Shown: positions 27,757-35,991 of the stretch, piece by piece | Layout: each line of letters starts with the position of its first letter | Numbering within the stretch: the stretch's first letter is position 1 | From: an uncultured Oscillospiraceae bacterium | GTDB taxonomy: Bacteria; Bacillota; Clostridia; Acetivibrionales; DTU013 | Direction of reading: 5' to 3' | Length of the DNA: 64,000 bases | Assembly (NCBI GenBank): GCA_964490975.1 | Contig: CAZBEQ010000015.1 | Coordinates: 1,995 to 65,994, forward strand | Notes under the pieces: generated by a model | Told to the model about the DNA's origin: nothing | Seen by the model: only the letters and a program-made list of their open reading frames with translations | Database searches by the model: none | Made by a program: the position numbers and the translations under genes

Positions 27757-29115
27757 ATGAGTGAGAGTTGGTCTTTTATCTGGGACATATTAGTCATCTC
27801 TTTATTTCTGGGGATTGCTACCTACATCAAAAGGAGCTTCAGATTTTTTGAAAGGTTCTTCATACCCAATCCTATCATTGCAGGGTTTATAGGTCTGCTG
27901 CTCGGTCCTAACGTACTTGGGCTGATAAAATTCAACACTGATAATATGGGTACACTTATATATCATTTGATGTCTGTCGGCTTTATATCACTGGCATTGA
28001 AGGACAGGAACACAACAAAGAGCAAGGATATAATCAATACCGGTATTTTCATCGTTAGTGGATATGTACTGCAGGGTATCGTAGGTTTTGGCCTGTCGCT
28101 GCTGATGGCATACACCTTTTTCCCGGATCTGTTTCCTGTTTTTGGTATGCTGCTCCCCCTTGGCTATGGTCAGGGCGCCGGTCAGGCATATTCAATGGGA
28201 AAGCAATGGGAGGCTCTCGGGTTCTCAAACGGTGGCAACATAGGCCTCTCGATAGCCGCAATGGGGCTGCTGTGGGCATGCATCGGCGGCATACCGCTTA
28301 TGAACTATCTTATCAGAGTCATGAAAATAAGGCCCTCCTACAGCGTACCAAAAGGCACAGCCGAAATACCTCATGAAGAAATACACAAGGAGGATGTGGG
28401 CGCGGCATCATCAGTTGATGGCTTCACCATCCAGATCTTCAGCATTGGCATAATATATCTTGCAACTTACCTCGCGCTGCGGGGAATGTCGGCTTTACTG
28501 AGCAATTTCGGGACCTTCGGCAGCACACTGTCAACCATGCTGTGGGGCTTCAGCTTTATCATTGCTGCTCTGTTTGCAATACTATTCCGCTTTATATACG
28601 ATTTTTTGAGGAAAAAGAAAATAGTTGTGCGTGAGTATACGAGCAATTTCCTCCTTGAGCGCATACAAGGAGGAGCATTTGATTACATGATCACAGCATC
28701 CATTGCTGCCATATCTATCTCAATATTGAAGCAGTACCTTATACCGACACTTGTTATAGGAATCATCGGAGGTATTGTTACAATTGTCTATATCATATTT
28801 GTGTGCAAAAGGATATATAAAACAGATGTACTGGAAAATATGCTTGCCCTGTACGGCAATCTGACCGGTGTCGTTTCCACAGGACTTGCATTGGTCAAGG
28901 AGATCGACCCCAATCTGCAATCCTCAGCTGGCAAGAACCTGGTGCTTGGGAGCGGCGCAGGATTGTTTGTCGGATTTCCTCTGATGCTCCTTCTAAATGT
29001 TCCAGTAGTAGGCTTCGTTACAAATAGACCTGTTCTTTATCTCTGGACCATGCTTGGGCTAACTGCATATTTTATCTTACTGTCTGTGGCGCTTTATATT
29101 AGAAGAGTAAGATAA
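27757..29115 (+). CDS. GltS (sodium/glutamate symporter) superfamily-like membrane transporter
   Basis: About 11-12 TM segments. The N-terminal layout resembles E. coli GltS (FIPNPIIAGFIGLLLGP; LPLGYGQGAGQA versus GGHGTGAA). Confidence 0.5.
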   Translation: MSESWSFIWDILVISLFLGIATYIKRSFRFFERFFIPNPIIAGFIGLLLGPNVLGLIKFNTDNMGTLIYHLMSVGFISLALKDRNTTKSKDIINTGIFIVSGYVLQGIVGFGLSLLMAYTFFPDLFPVFGMLLPLGYGQGAGQAYSMGKQWEALGFSNGGNIGLSIAAMGLLWACIGGIPLMNYLIRVMKIRPSYSVPKGTAEIPHEEIHKEDVGAASSVDGFTIQIFSIGIIYLATYLALRGMSALLSNFGTFGSTLSTMLWGFSFIIAALFAILFRFIYDFLRKKKIVVREYTSNFLLERIQGGAFDYMITASIAAISISILKQYLIPTLVIGIIGGIVTIVYIIFVCKRIYKTDVLENMLALYGNLTGVVSTGLALVKEIDPNLQSSAGKNLVLGSGAGLFVGFPLMLLLNVPVVGFVTNRPVLYLWTMLGLTAYFILLSVALYIRRVR

Positions 29116-29267
29116 CGTATTCTTTATGCACCAAACACTGCCATTTCGGGTATAGCTACGGTATTGAGCGAAATTATGCACTTCTCTTTTTGAGCCTGAA
29201 GAAGTATAATAGAACTAGAATATTATAAAGCATATAAGGCTGTAAAGTCTGATATGATGGTGATAAT

Positions 29268-29894
29268 ATGAAAATAGAAAAAATAAGTGAAAATATAATA
29301 AAAGTAACCATATCATATAACGACCTCGAAGAGAGACATGTCGATTTGAATGCCCTGAATTACAATACACCTGCGGCGCAGGAGTTCTTGTGGGATCTGA
29401 TGGAACAGGCAGAGGAACAGTTCGGCTTCAATCTTACAGATTCACAGCTTATTATAGAACCGATTCCCGACTCCAGTGACGGATTCGTTATAAATATCAC
29501 CCGGTTGGATGAAGACGGAGAATTTGAATCGATTCATAAGTACATTAAAAACAAGATGAAGAAGAGCGATCTTCGTGTCAAAAAGAAGAGTCGCAAAGTA
29601 TCCTCTCCCCTTTTGGTGTACTCCTTCAAAACATTGAATGACATATGTGAGCTTGCAAACAAGCTTGATATGCATTATAGCGGAGAAAGCACGCTATATA
29701 GGTGCAGAGAAACATATTATCTCTCACTTACAAGAAGCGGCCTGCTCTCTGCCGACATGAAAATGTTCGAGTTGATGCTTGCGGAATATGGCACTAAAAT
29801 AGCCAACACCAGTTTTATTGAGGGCTACATGAACGAATACGGAGATAAAATAATCGAGTACAACGCTCTTGAGGTACTGCGTAAATTCTATTGA
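29268..29894 (+). CDS. mecA: adaptor protein MecA
   Basis: MKIEKISENIIKVTISYNDLEERHVDLNAL... closely follows the MecA N-terminal pattern. The length is ~208 aa. Confidence 0.8.
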   Translation: MKIEKISENIIKVTISYNDLEERHVDLNALNYNTPAAQEFLWDLMEQAEEQFGFNLTDSQLIIEPIPDSSDGFVINITRLDEDGEFESIHKYIKNKMKKSDLRVKKKSRKVSSPLLVYSFKTLNDICELANKLDMHYSGESTLYRCRETYYLSLTRSGLLSADMKMFELMLAEYGTKIANTSFIEGYMNEYGDKIIEYNALEVLRKFY

Positions 29895-29902
29895 TAACAC
29901 AA

Positions 29903-29940
29903 GTCGGGAGATGCTACCAAACATCCCCCGATTTTTTATT
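29903..29940. terminator. bidirectional hairpin terminator after mecA
   Basis: TCGGGAGATG / CATCCCCCGA stem followed by TTTTTTATT on the plus strand. On the minus strand it follows repeat copy C and is followed by CTTGTGTT. Confidence 0.7.
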
Positions 29941-29971
29941 GTTGTGTTTAGAAAGTCCCGCGTTAAGCGCT

Positions 29972-30165
29972 GAGATCTGTAAAGCTTTCAGCGGTAAGTA
30001 ATTAAACTCCTTTTGCCATAACCTGGTTGCGGCCTGCCGACTGCAACTAAGATCCAAATATATGTAGTACCTCCTATGCCTGAATTATTATAGCGGTCGA
30101 GTCCTCTCTGCGAATCTCAAATTGCTATCGTTTTTTTACAAATACAAATTCTCCAAACGATCGGC
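29972..30165 (-). repeat. copy C (minus orientation, 3' part best conserved) of the ~280-nt intergenic repeat family
   Basis: The minus strand reads TTCAGGCATAGGAGGTACTACATATATTTGGATCTTAGTTG...GGCAGGCCGCAACCAGGTTATGGCAAAAGGAG...CTTACCGCTGAAAGCTTTACAG. This matches copy A (TTCAGGCAAAGAGGTACCACATATACTTGGATTTTAGTTG...CTTATCGCTGAAAGCTCTACGG) and copy B (AGCAGGCCACAACCAGGTTATATTAAAAGGAC...). Confidence 0.65.
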
Positions 30166-30575
30166 TAATAATAGATGACGATAACCCGTTCACGGGTGGC
30201 AAGAAATAATTCCCTATTACGGGTGCTGGCAGCAGGCTTATCACACGTGAAACATTCTGTATATTATTATTCTCGTTTACTTTACCAGTCATCACAGAGG
30301 TGTTCTTCAAAGAAATACTAAGTGAAGATCTATAGATGTCTGTAAGGTTGAACCTGAGAAACAGAATTCCCGTAATATCCGGCTTCGCACGTAAAGATAT
30401 CACCATCTGCGCGTATTGTTTTATCCATCCCTGACTGATTTGTGACAGTGAGTACGCTAGCTGAAATTTTGTCAAAAGCTTCTGGATATGCTTTTAGTCT
30501 ACTCCATTTCATACAGAGGGCACCGCATCCCTGTTAATCCTCAAGCAGTGCGCCAGTCTCAGGGATTCCTGAGCT

Positions 30576-31901
30576 TCACTTGTTATCGTTTTCAAGCACT
30601 TCAGTACCCGGTGCGATTTGTATAATAGATGTTTCGGCTTTATATGTATCCGTACTTATCAATTCATCATTCCTATATACCTTTATGGATACACCTTTTT
30701 TACCTGAACTCAGGACAATCATCTCGTCCGGCTTTAAATAATCTTTTTCAACATAATAGACAGGAGGCTTTATTTCCTGTACCGTTTCAGTACGAAGCAC
30801 ACATTTTTCCATCTTATCATTCCTGCTTCCACAAATGGCAACAGTAACGACGCTACCATTTCTTACAGCAAATACTGCCAGCTTATTGCTGAAAGGATTT
30901 TTGAACTTGATATCACCCGCATTACCTGATATCCATGCGTCCAATCCAGGTTCTATATAGTCAACAGCTGTTTCGTGAGGCAGCCTGGTTATGGAATCCT
31001 TTGGCACCCCGGCCGTGAGAAGGGCTGCGTACAAGGTTGACGCCACCTGGTCATAACCAATAACTTTATACTCTGATCCATCATTAAGACCAAGACATTC
31101 AACATAAGAAAATCCATCTTTACCGTCTTTGTCACCGGACGGAGCGAGGATAGTTCCATTTATACTATCAACAGCATACTGTATACTCTTGGTCAGACTG
31201 CGATCCTTTATACTGATTGAATACTCGCCAAATACCAGCTGTATTTCATCAAAATCCTTCATAGTAACATTAGCATCAATGATATTCAAAGCATCTCCAT
31301 CTTTCAGGTTAACTATCCCAAAGGGATCTGACGGCAGCTCATTTTCAAGAAGGCTGACTGTATTGTTGACATCCAGCTGGATCCCGGGATAATCTGCCTC
31401 CCTTTTAATAATTCCATCCATGTAATAAATTTTTGCATCAGTTGGTAAAGTATTTATTTTTTCAGATAACTCAAGCAGTTCCATCCTTAGCTTGCTTTCG
31501 TTGAATTTAACGGATGGCCTGAGATTAGTACCATAATGGCCGAAATATGTATTTATAAGTCGGGGTATGTCTCCAACGTCATTAACTGTCCTAACAGGGC
31601 TTAAGGTAGATTCACCATCCACATATGCCTCTATGTCGTTATAGGATATTTCATAAATATCCGTACCACCTGTGCTTAGCTTCAGCGTATTTTCGCCGAA
31701 TCTGGCTCCATATTCGGCCTTTATCGTTTCTGCGGCTTCAGTATAGCTTTGACCGCCGATATATACATCACCCGCATACACATTTGCCGGCACTTCCTTA
31801 TTAGACGCGTTTAATAGTGCAGCAATACCTGCAGTCATTGCTATAAGGCTTTGGACGACTATAATCAAAAAAATCAGCAGTGTCTTACGAGTTTTACCCA
31901 C
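30576..31901 (-). CDS. VanW family protein (TM anchor, VanW domain, C-terminal G5-like domain)
   Basis: VanW core: YDQVASTLYAALLTAGVP...VDYIEPGLDAWISGNAGDIKFKNPFSNKLAVFA. The start is a GTG with the RBS ACGGAG. Confidence 0.75.
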   Translation of the reverse strand: MGKTRKTLLIFLIIVVQSLIAMTAGIAALLNASNKEVPANVYAGDVYIGGQSYTEAAETIKAEYGARFGENTLKLSTGGTDIYEISYNDIEAYVDGESTLSPVRTVNDVGDIPRLINTYFGHYGTNLRPSVKFNESKLRMELLELSEKINTLPTDAKIYYMDGIIKREADYPGIQLDVNNTVSLLENELPSDPFGIVNLKDGDALNIIDANVTMKDFDEIQLVFGEYSISIKDRSLTKSIQYAVDSINGTILAPSGDKDGKDGFSYVECLGLNDGSEYKVIGYDQVASTLYAALLTAGVPKDSITRLPHETAVDYIEPGLDAWISGNAGDIKFKNPFSNKLAVFAVRNGSVVTVAICGSRNDKMEKCVLRTETVQEIKPPVYYVEKDYLKPDEMIVLSSGKKGVSIKVYRNDELISTDTYKAETSIIQIAPGTEVLENDNK

Positions 31902-32004
31902 TTAAAACAACTCCGTTTATTTTTCATTTGTCTCACTTGTTTACAAGAAATATTAACAAAAGAGTATAAAGCACTTAGTACTTTATACTCTTTATACAAG
32001 GGCC

Positions 32005-32952
32005 TTATGCCCTATTGTTCATTACGAGCTCGACCAGCTTGTCCTTTGCCTTGGCTTCATTTATCACTGCATCGTCTATTTGCATACCCTCACTGATGAT
32101 AACCTGACCAAAGTTATCAACTATTGTCCTGGTAGCATACCTGCCCTTGAGATATTGTCTCTGCCGCTGTTCAAAGAGCGCCGATGCGCTGTCAGATTTG
32201 ACAGACTCCTCTTGTACGGCAGCACTATCTGCCTCAGTGATTTCATTTATATCAGCAGTATCTGCAGCTGCAAATGTATCATCAGCTGATTCATCAGTTG
32301 CTGATTTATCATAAGTTTCATCATCATTAGCTGATTTATCATAAGTTCCATCGTCAACAGCTGAATTAACATATACAGGTTTACCTATTTCTTCTATAAC
32401 AACATTATTTTTTTTTTCCATCTCAGCGATAGCGACTTCACTGTCCAACTGCTCCAAAGTATCCAATAATGAAGCTTCAATATCTTCTTTTACAACTGTA
32501 AGATTCTTGCCAAATGTTATTACTGAATCCCTTGGGATAAGACGCACTTTTTTTTGAGTGATGTCAGCTATAAACTCAAGTCCGGTAATTTTGCATCCAT
32601 CGTTTTCATCGACATATATGTCTCCGATCTCACCGATCAGGCTTCCCTTCCTGGTAAGGACCTTGGTGCCCTTTACGCGTATGTCATTCTGAAGGAGCTG
32701 TATAGCTTCAGGTATCTTGCTTATATCTGTTATAACGCCTTCATTTTCGATAGTGAGCGCATATTCTCCAATACCCATTACATCATCGGTAGGTATCACT
32801 CTCGCGCTGAATATCTGAATACCGCTGTCGACAACAATATAGTCTATGGCGCCCCTGTCTGCATTTATTATAATGCTTTTGACCTTGCCGGCTTCCATTC
32901 CGTCGGATATGCTAATTATAGGTAATCCAAGTATTTTTTGAGTTTTTTTCAT
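32005..32952 (-). CDS. PRC-barrel domain-containing protein
   Basis: There are two PRC-barrel-like modules: KILGLPIISISDGMEAGKVKSIIINADRGAIDYIVVD and GTKVLTRKGSLIGEIGDIYVDENDGCKITGLEF. An acidic linker follows. Confidence 0.7.
   Translation of the reverse strand: MKKTQKILGLPIISISDGMEAGKVKSIIINADRGAIDYIVVDSGIQIFSARVIPTDDVMGIGEYALTIENEGVITDISKIPEAIQLLQNDIRVKGTKVLTRKGSLIGEIGDIYVDENDGCKITGLEFIADITQKKVRLIPRDSVITFGKNLTVVKEDIEASLLDTLEQLDSEVAIAEMEKKNNVVIEEIGKPVYVNSAVDDGTYDKSANDDETYDKSATDESADDTFAAADTADINEITEADSAAVQEESVKSDSASALFEQRQRQYLKGRYATRTIVDNFGQVIISEGMQIDDAVINEAKAKDKLVELVMNNRA
32300..32359. repeat. 30-nt tandem duplication inside the PRC-barrel gene
   Basis: GCTGATTTATCATAAGTTTCATCATCATTA / GCTGATTTATCATAAGTTCCATCGTCAACA, encoding DDGTYDKSAN / DDETYDKSAT. 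Confidence 0.9.
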
Positions 32953-32995
32953 ATAAATATATCCTCCTTCAAATCGTAGAAGACCATATTGCCTG

Positions 32996-34066
32996 TCAGG
33001 CCCTTATATCTGTAAGATTCCTAGCGATTTCTTTCTTTATGGAACTATCCATCTCATCACCGTATATGTCATAATAACTATCCAGTATATCAAGTGCCAA
33101 ATCCTGCTGTCCGAGTGACTTATACATAACGCATATATCTAGTATGATCCAGAAGGTAAGTTCTTTTTGAGGCTTTTTATCAAGAGCGTACATATAGTAC
33201 AGTATCGAACCTTCCGGATCGCCCTGTTCTCTAAGTCTGTATGCCTCATCAATGCACTCCTCGATAGTCAGACTACCACTATCTTGAATATTATTTTCTA
33301 TACCCATTTTATCAATATTTTCATTACTGTCAACAGATTTTTCATCACAATTTTTCCCAAGCCCTTCATTTTCTACATTATTTGCTACTGCTGTCAAGTC
33401 GTCTTCATTTCTTCCAACAAAATTAAGGAATATCTCCTCAATGTAATTATCTCCTGCCGCTCCTGTTGAATTGGATTTCGTACTTCCCCACATATTCAAG
33501 TCACCCTCCATAATATTTTCGACTGAAGATATTATTTTATCCTCCGATGTTATTGAGGAGGCTTCTTCCGCTTCCGGTTCAGCTGATACAGCCGCTTCCG
33601 CTGAAGTCAATATCTCTGAAGATACTGGTTCCGTTAACGGCAAAGCCGACTGTAAAGTATCAGATACAGCTGATTCAGTTGGCGCTGCCTCTAACTGTAC
33701 TTCTGACGTTACTTCTGGCATTGCTACTTCAAGACTTGTGTTTTGAAGCGATGCAGTCATCCTGCGTCCAATTTTTATTTTTGGCAGAATAAAGGAAATC
33801 ACAATACTGAGTATAAAGGCAATTATAAGATAAACTAATAACGAAATGATAGTGGTAGTTAACGCAGCTGACGGGTCAATGGCACTATTTTTGTATGAAG
33901 AAATTACGCTGAATATGCCAGGCATAATAAGTGCTGTTATTAGAGATGCTAATGTTATCGAAGCTGCTGTTCTATAATTAAATATTTTCAGCCGGTAAAA
34001 TATCACAGACATTATGATACCGCTGAGTGCTGCCGCACAGGCTACAGAAATCATATATATGGGCAT
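32996..34066 (-). CDS. membrane protein with an acidic S/A/E-rich linker and a TPR-like C-terminal domain
   Basis: About four N-terminal TM segments. The C-terminus is EAYRLREQGDPEGSILYYMYALDKKPQKELTFWIILDICVMYKSLGQQDLALDIL. Confidence 0.6.
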   Translation of the reverse strand: MPIYMISVACAAALSGIIMSVIFYRLKIFNYRTAASITLASLITALIMPGIFSVISSYKNSAIDPSAALTTTIISLLVYLIIAFILSIVISFILPKIKIGRRMTASLQNTSLEVAMPEVTSEVQLEAAPTESAVSDTLQSALPLTEPVSSEILTSAEAAVSAEPEAEEASSITSEDKIISSVENIMEGDLNMWGSTKSNSTGAAGDNYIEEIFLNFVGRNEDDLTAVANNVENEGLGKNCDEKSVDSNENIDKMGIENNIQDSGSLTIEECIDEAYRLREQGDPEGSILYYMYALDKKPQKELTFWIILDICVMYKSLGQQDLALDILDSYYDIYGDEMDSSIKKEIARNLTDIRA

Positions 34067-34189
34067 CCGGTACCTCCTGGACCAGTTTATAAGCTAGGAC
34101 ATTAACAACAATAATTCGATACTAGTCTACAATATTCCTTCATTTTTTTCAAAACACTTCAAATCTAAAATAATTTTTAGTGCCTGACC

Positions 34190-35878
34190 CTATCTGAATT
34201 CAACACAAAGTAAAGTTATATCGTCGTCCGGACTCCTAGCCCCGGCAAACACCTTAAGATCATTCTTAATAGCAGCGATTAAATTTTCGGAAGGCTTTCT
34301 GCCATTTTTCGAAAGCAACAGCCTTAGTCTTTCGGCTGTATATTGTTTCTCATTGTTGTTGCGTAGCTCAATAAGGCCATCTGTATATACCAGGAGCTTA
34401 TCTCCCGGGCCCGTGTATAATTCTGTGTCCTTATATGCAGCGTCATACAGCTCTCTGAGTTTGCATATAGGAAATCCCTTTATATCAATATCTCTAAGCT
34501 TTCCTTTTGCATTGACGAGCACCGGTTTTTCATTCATACCGGCAGAGCAGAATACAAGTTTTTTCGTCTTTGTATCATAGGTAAAGTAAATAAGCACGAT
34601 ATAGACTTCATCCCTGAAATTCGTATTATTGAAAGCGTTGTATACCTGTGACATCATATAAGACGGTGATGAAAGGGTTCCTTTGAGTCTGTCGGCTTCA
34701 ATAATATTCCCAATACACTGCTTAAGAAATACCGTCAGCATCGCCGCCGGAACTCCATGCCCTGAAACATCACACACATAAAAACCGATATGACTCTCAT
34801 CCAGCCAGAATACGTCATAAAAATCACCACTAAGTCTTTCTGCAGGCCTGTACAGTGAATTAAAGCTTACATGAGATGAGTTGGGGAAAAATGAAGGCAA
34901 CATCGATTTTTGGATATCCCGTGCAAATTCAAGGTCCTCTATTAACCTTTCGTTTATCCTTTTTAATTCTCCGGTCCTTATCTCAATCAGCTTGTCCAAA
35001 TTATCCGCATAATCCCTTAGTTCTTTCTGAGCAACAGCCATTGCGGTATATGGTGCCAATACATATTTTGAGAATGTCACCCTGAAGATCATAAAAAGTG
35101 AAATGCATTTGAATATATGCCCTATAAAATTATATATACCATACACATTAATGTATATCGTAAATGAAAATTCACTTAAAATACTCAGGATCAATGCTGT
35201 GAGCATTATGTACAATACGTGCCTTTTCGTTTTCATATACTTATCAAAGTAAATAATCGCGACAATTGCGGTTATTGCAATAATAATATATTCAGCAAGC
35301 TTTTTTGCAAAGGTAAGCCCTGATCCTTCAACATACATGGCAGGCAAAAGGTCAGGAAAATATGTCACGGCAGTGAACACTGCAAATGAAATTACTAAGG
35401 AAGCCATTGCAAACAAGTACCTGTTTATTGTGCTTTTTTTCTCATTGCTCATAATGGCTGAAGCCAAATATGCCAGTACAGAAAAAATCCTCGCTGCTAT
35501 CCAGAAGGTAGTCGCTCTGTTGGCTGTAACGTTTGCTATGAAAAAATCCGGCATACCTTTATAGCTTAACATGTGAAAGCCATCAATGATACCTGCTGTG
35601 GCCAGGAGCGATCCTACAACTATGGCCTTGATATTTTGCTCCTGCCTGTAGGTATACAATGAAACCATGAATATGGAAAAACAGGCTATGATACCTGTGA
35701 TTTCGAGAATATTATGCCACGACAGGAAGTTAGTAGTGTTCATTATGTTGACAAAATAGTCATTTAAAAGAGGCGCAACAATCAATAACGCTATTGAAAA
35801 AACTACTGTCAGCGTCGGTATAATTAAAGTTCTATTGGTTATTGTATCTGCTGATTGTTTTTTTAATATACTCATCAC
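34190..35878 (-). CDS. PP2C-family (SpoIIE/RsbU-type) serine phosphatase with an N-terminal multi-TM sensor domain
   Basis: About eight TM segments. The PPM motifs are SGDFYDVFWLDESHIGFYVCDVSGHGVPAAMLTVFLKQ and LLVYTDGLIE ... DDITLLCVEF. Confidence 0.85.
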   Translation of the reverse strand: MMSILKKQSADTITNRTLIIPTLTVVFSIALLIVAPLLNDYFVNIMNTTNFLSWHNILEITGIIACFSIFMVSLYTYRQEQNIKAIVVGSLLATAGIIDGFHMLSYKGMPDFFIANVTANRATTFWIAARIFSVLAYLASAIMSNEKKSTINRYLFAMASLVISFAVFTAVTYFPDLLPAMYVEGSGLTFAKKLAEYIIIAITAIVAIIYFDKYMKTKRHVLYIMLTALILSILSEFSFTIYINVYGIYNFIGHIFKCISLFMIFRVTFSKYVLAPYTAMAVAQKELRDYADNLDKLIEIRTGELKRINERLIEDLEFARDIQKSMLPSFFPNSSHVSFNSLYRPAERLSGDFYDVFWLDESHIGFYVCDVSGHGVPAAMLTVFLKQCIGNIIEADRLKGTLSSPSYMMSQVYNAFNNTNFRDEVYIVLIYFTYDTKTKKLVFCSAGMNEKPVLVNAKGKLRDIDIKGFPICKLRELYDAAYKDTELYTGPGDKLLVYTDGLIELRNNNEKQYTAERLRLLLSKNGRKPSENLIAAIKNDLKVFAGARSPDDDITLLCVEFR

Positions 35879-35912
35879 TCTATAATTTTATCACAAAATC
35901 AAATAAAAGAGT

Positions 35913-35950
35913 AAAAAAGGACATTTTTTGTGTGTAAAAAATATCCTTTT
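35913..35950 (-). terminator. rho-independent terminator of lon
   Basis: Minus strand: AAGGATATTTTTT ACACAC AAAAAATGTCCTT followed by TTTTTAC. Confidence 0.7.
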
Positions 35951-35991
35951 TATGAACGTAATAATTAAAATCTCGAATAATGCTGAAAGTC

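Noticed and set aside
30125-30512. Two overlapping minus-strand ORFs (116 aa and 60 aa) as real genes.
   Set aside because: They have no convincing RBS and no recognisable family, and they overlap each other in different frames. They are kept only as possible frameshifted debris (see findings), not as features.
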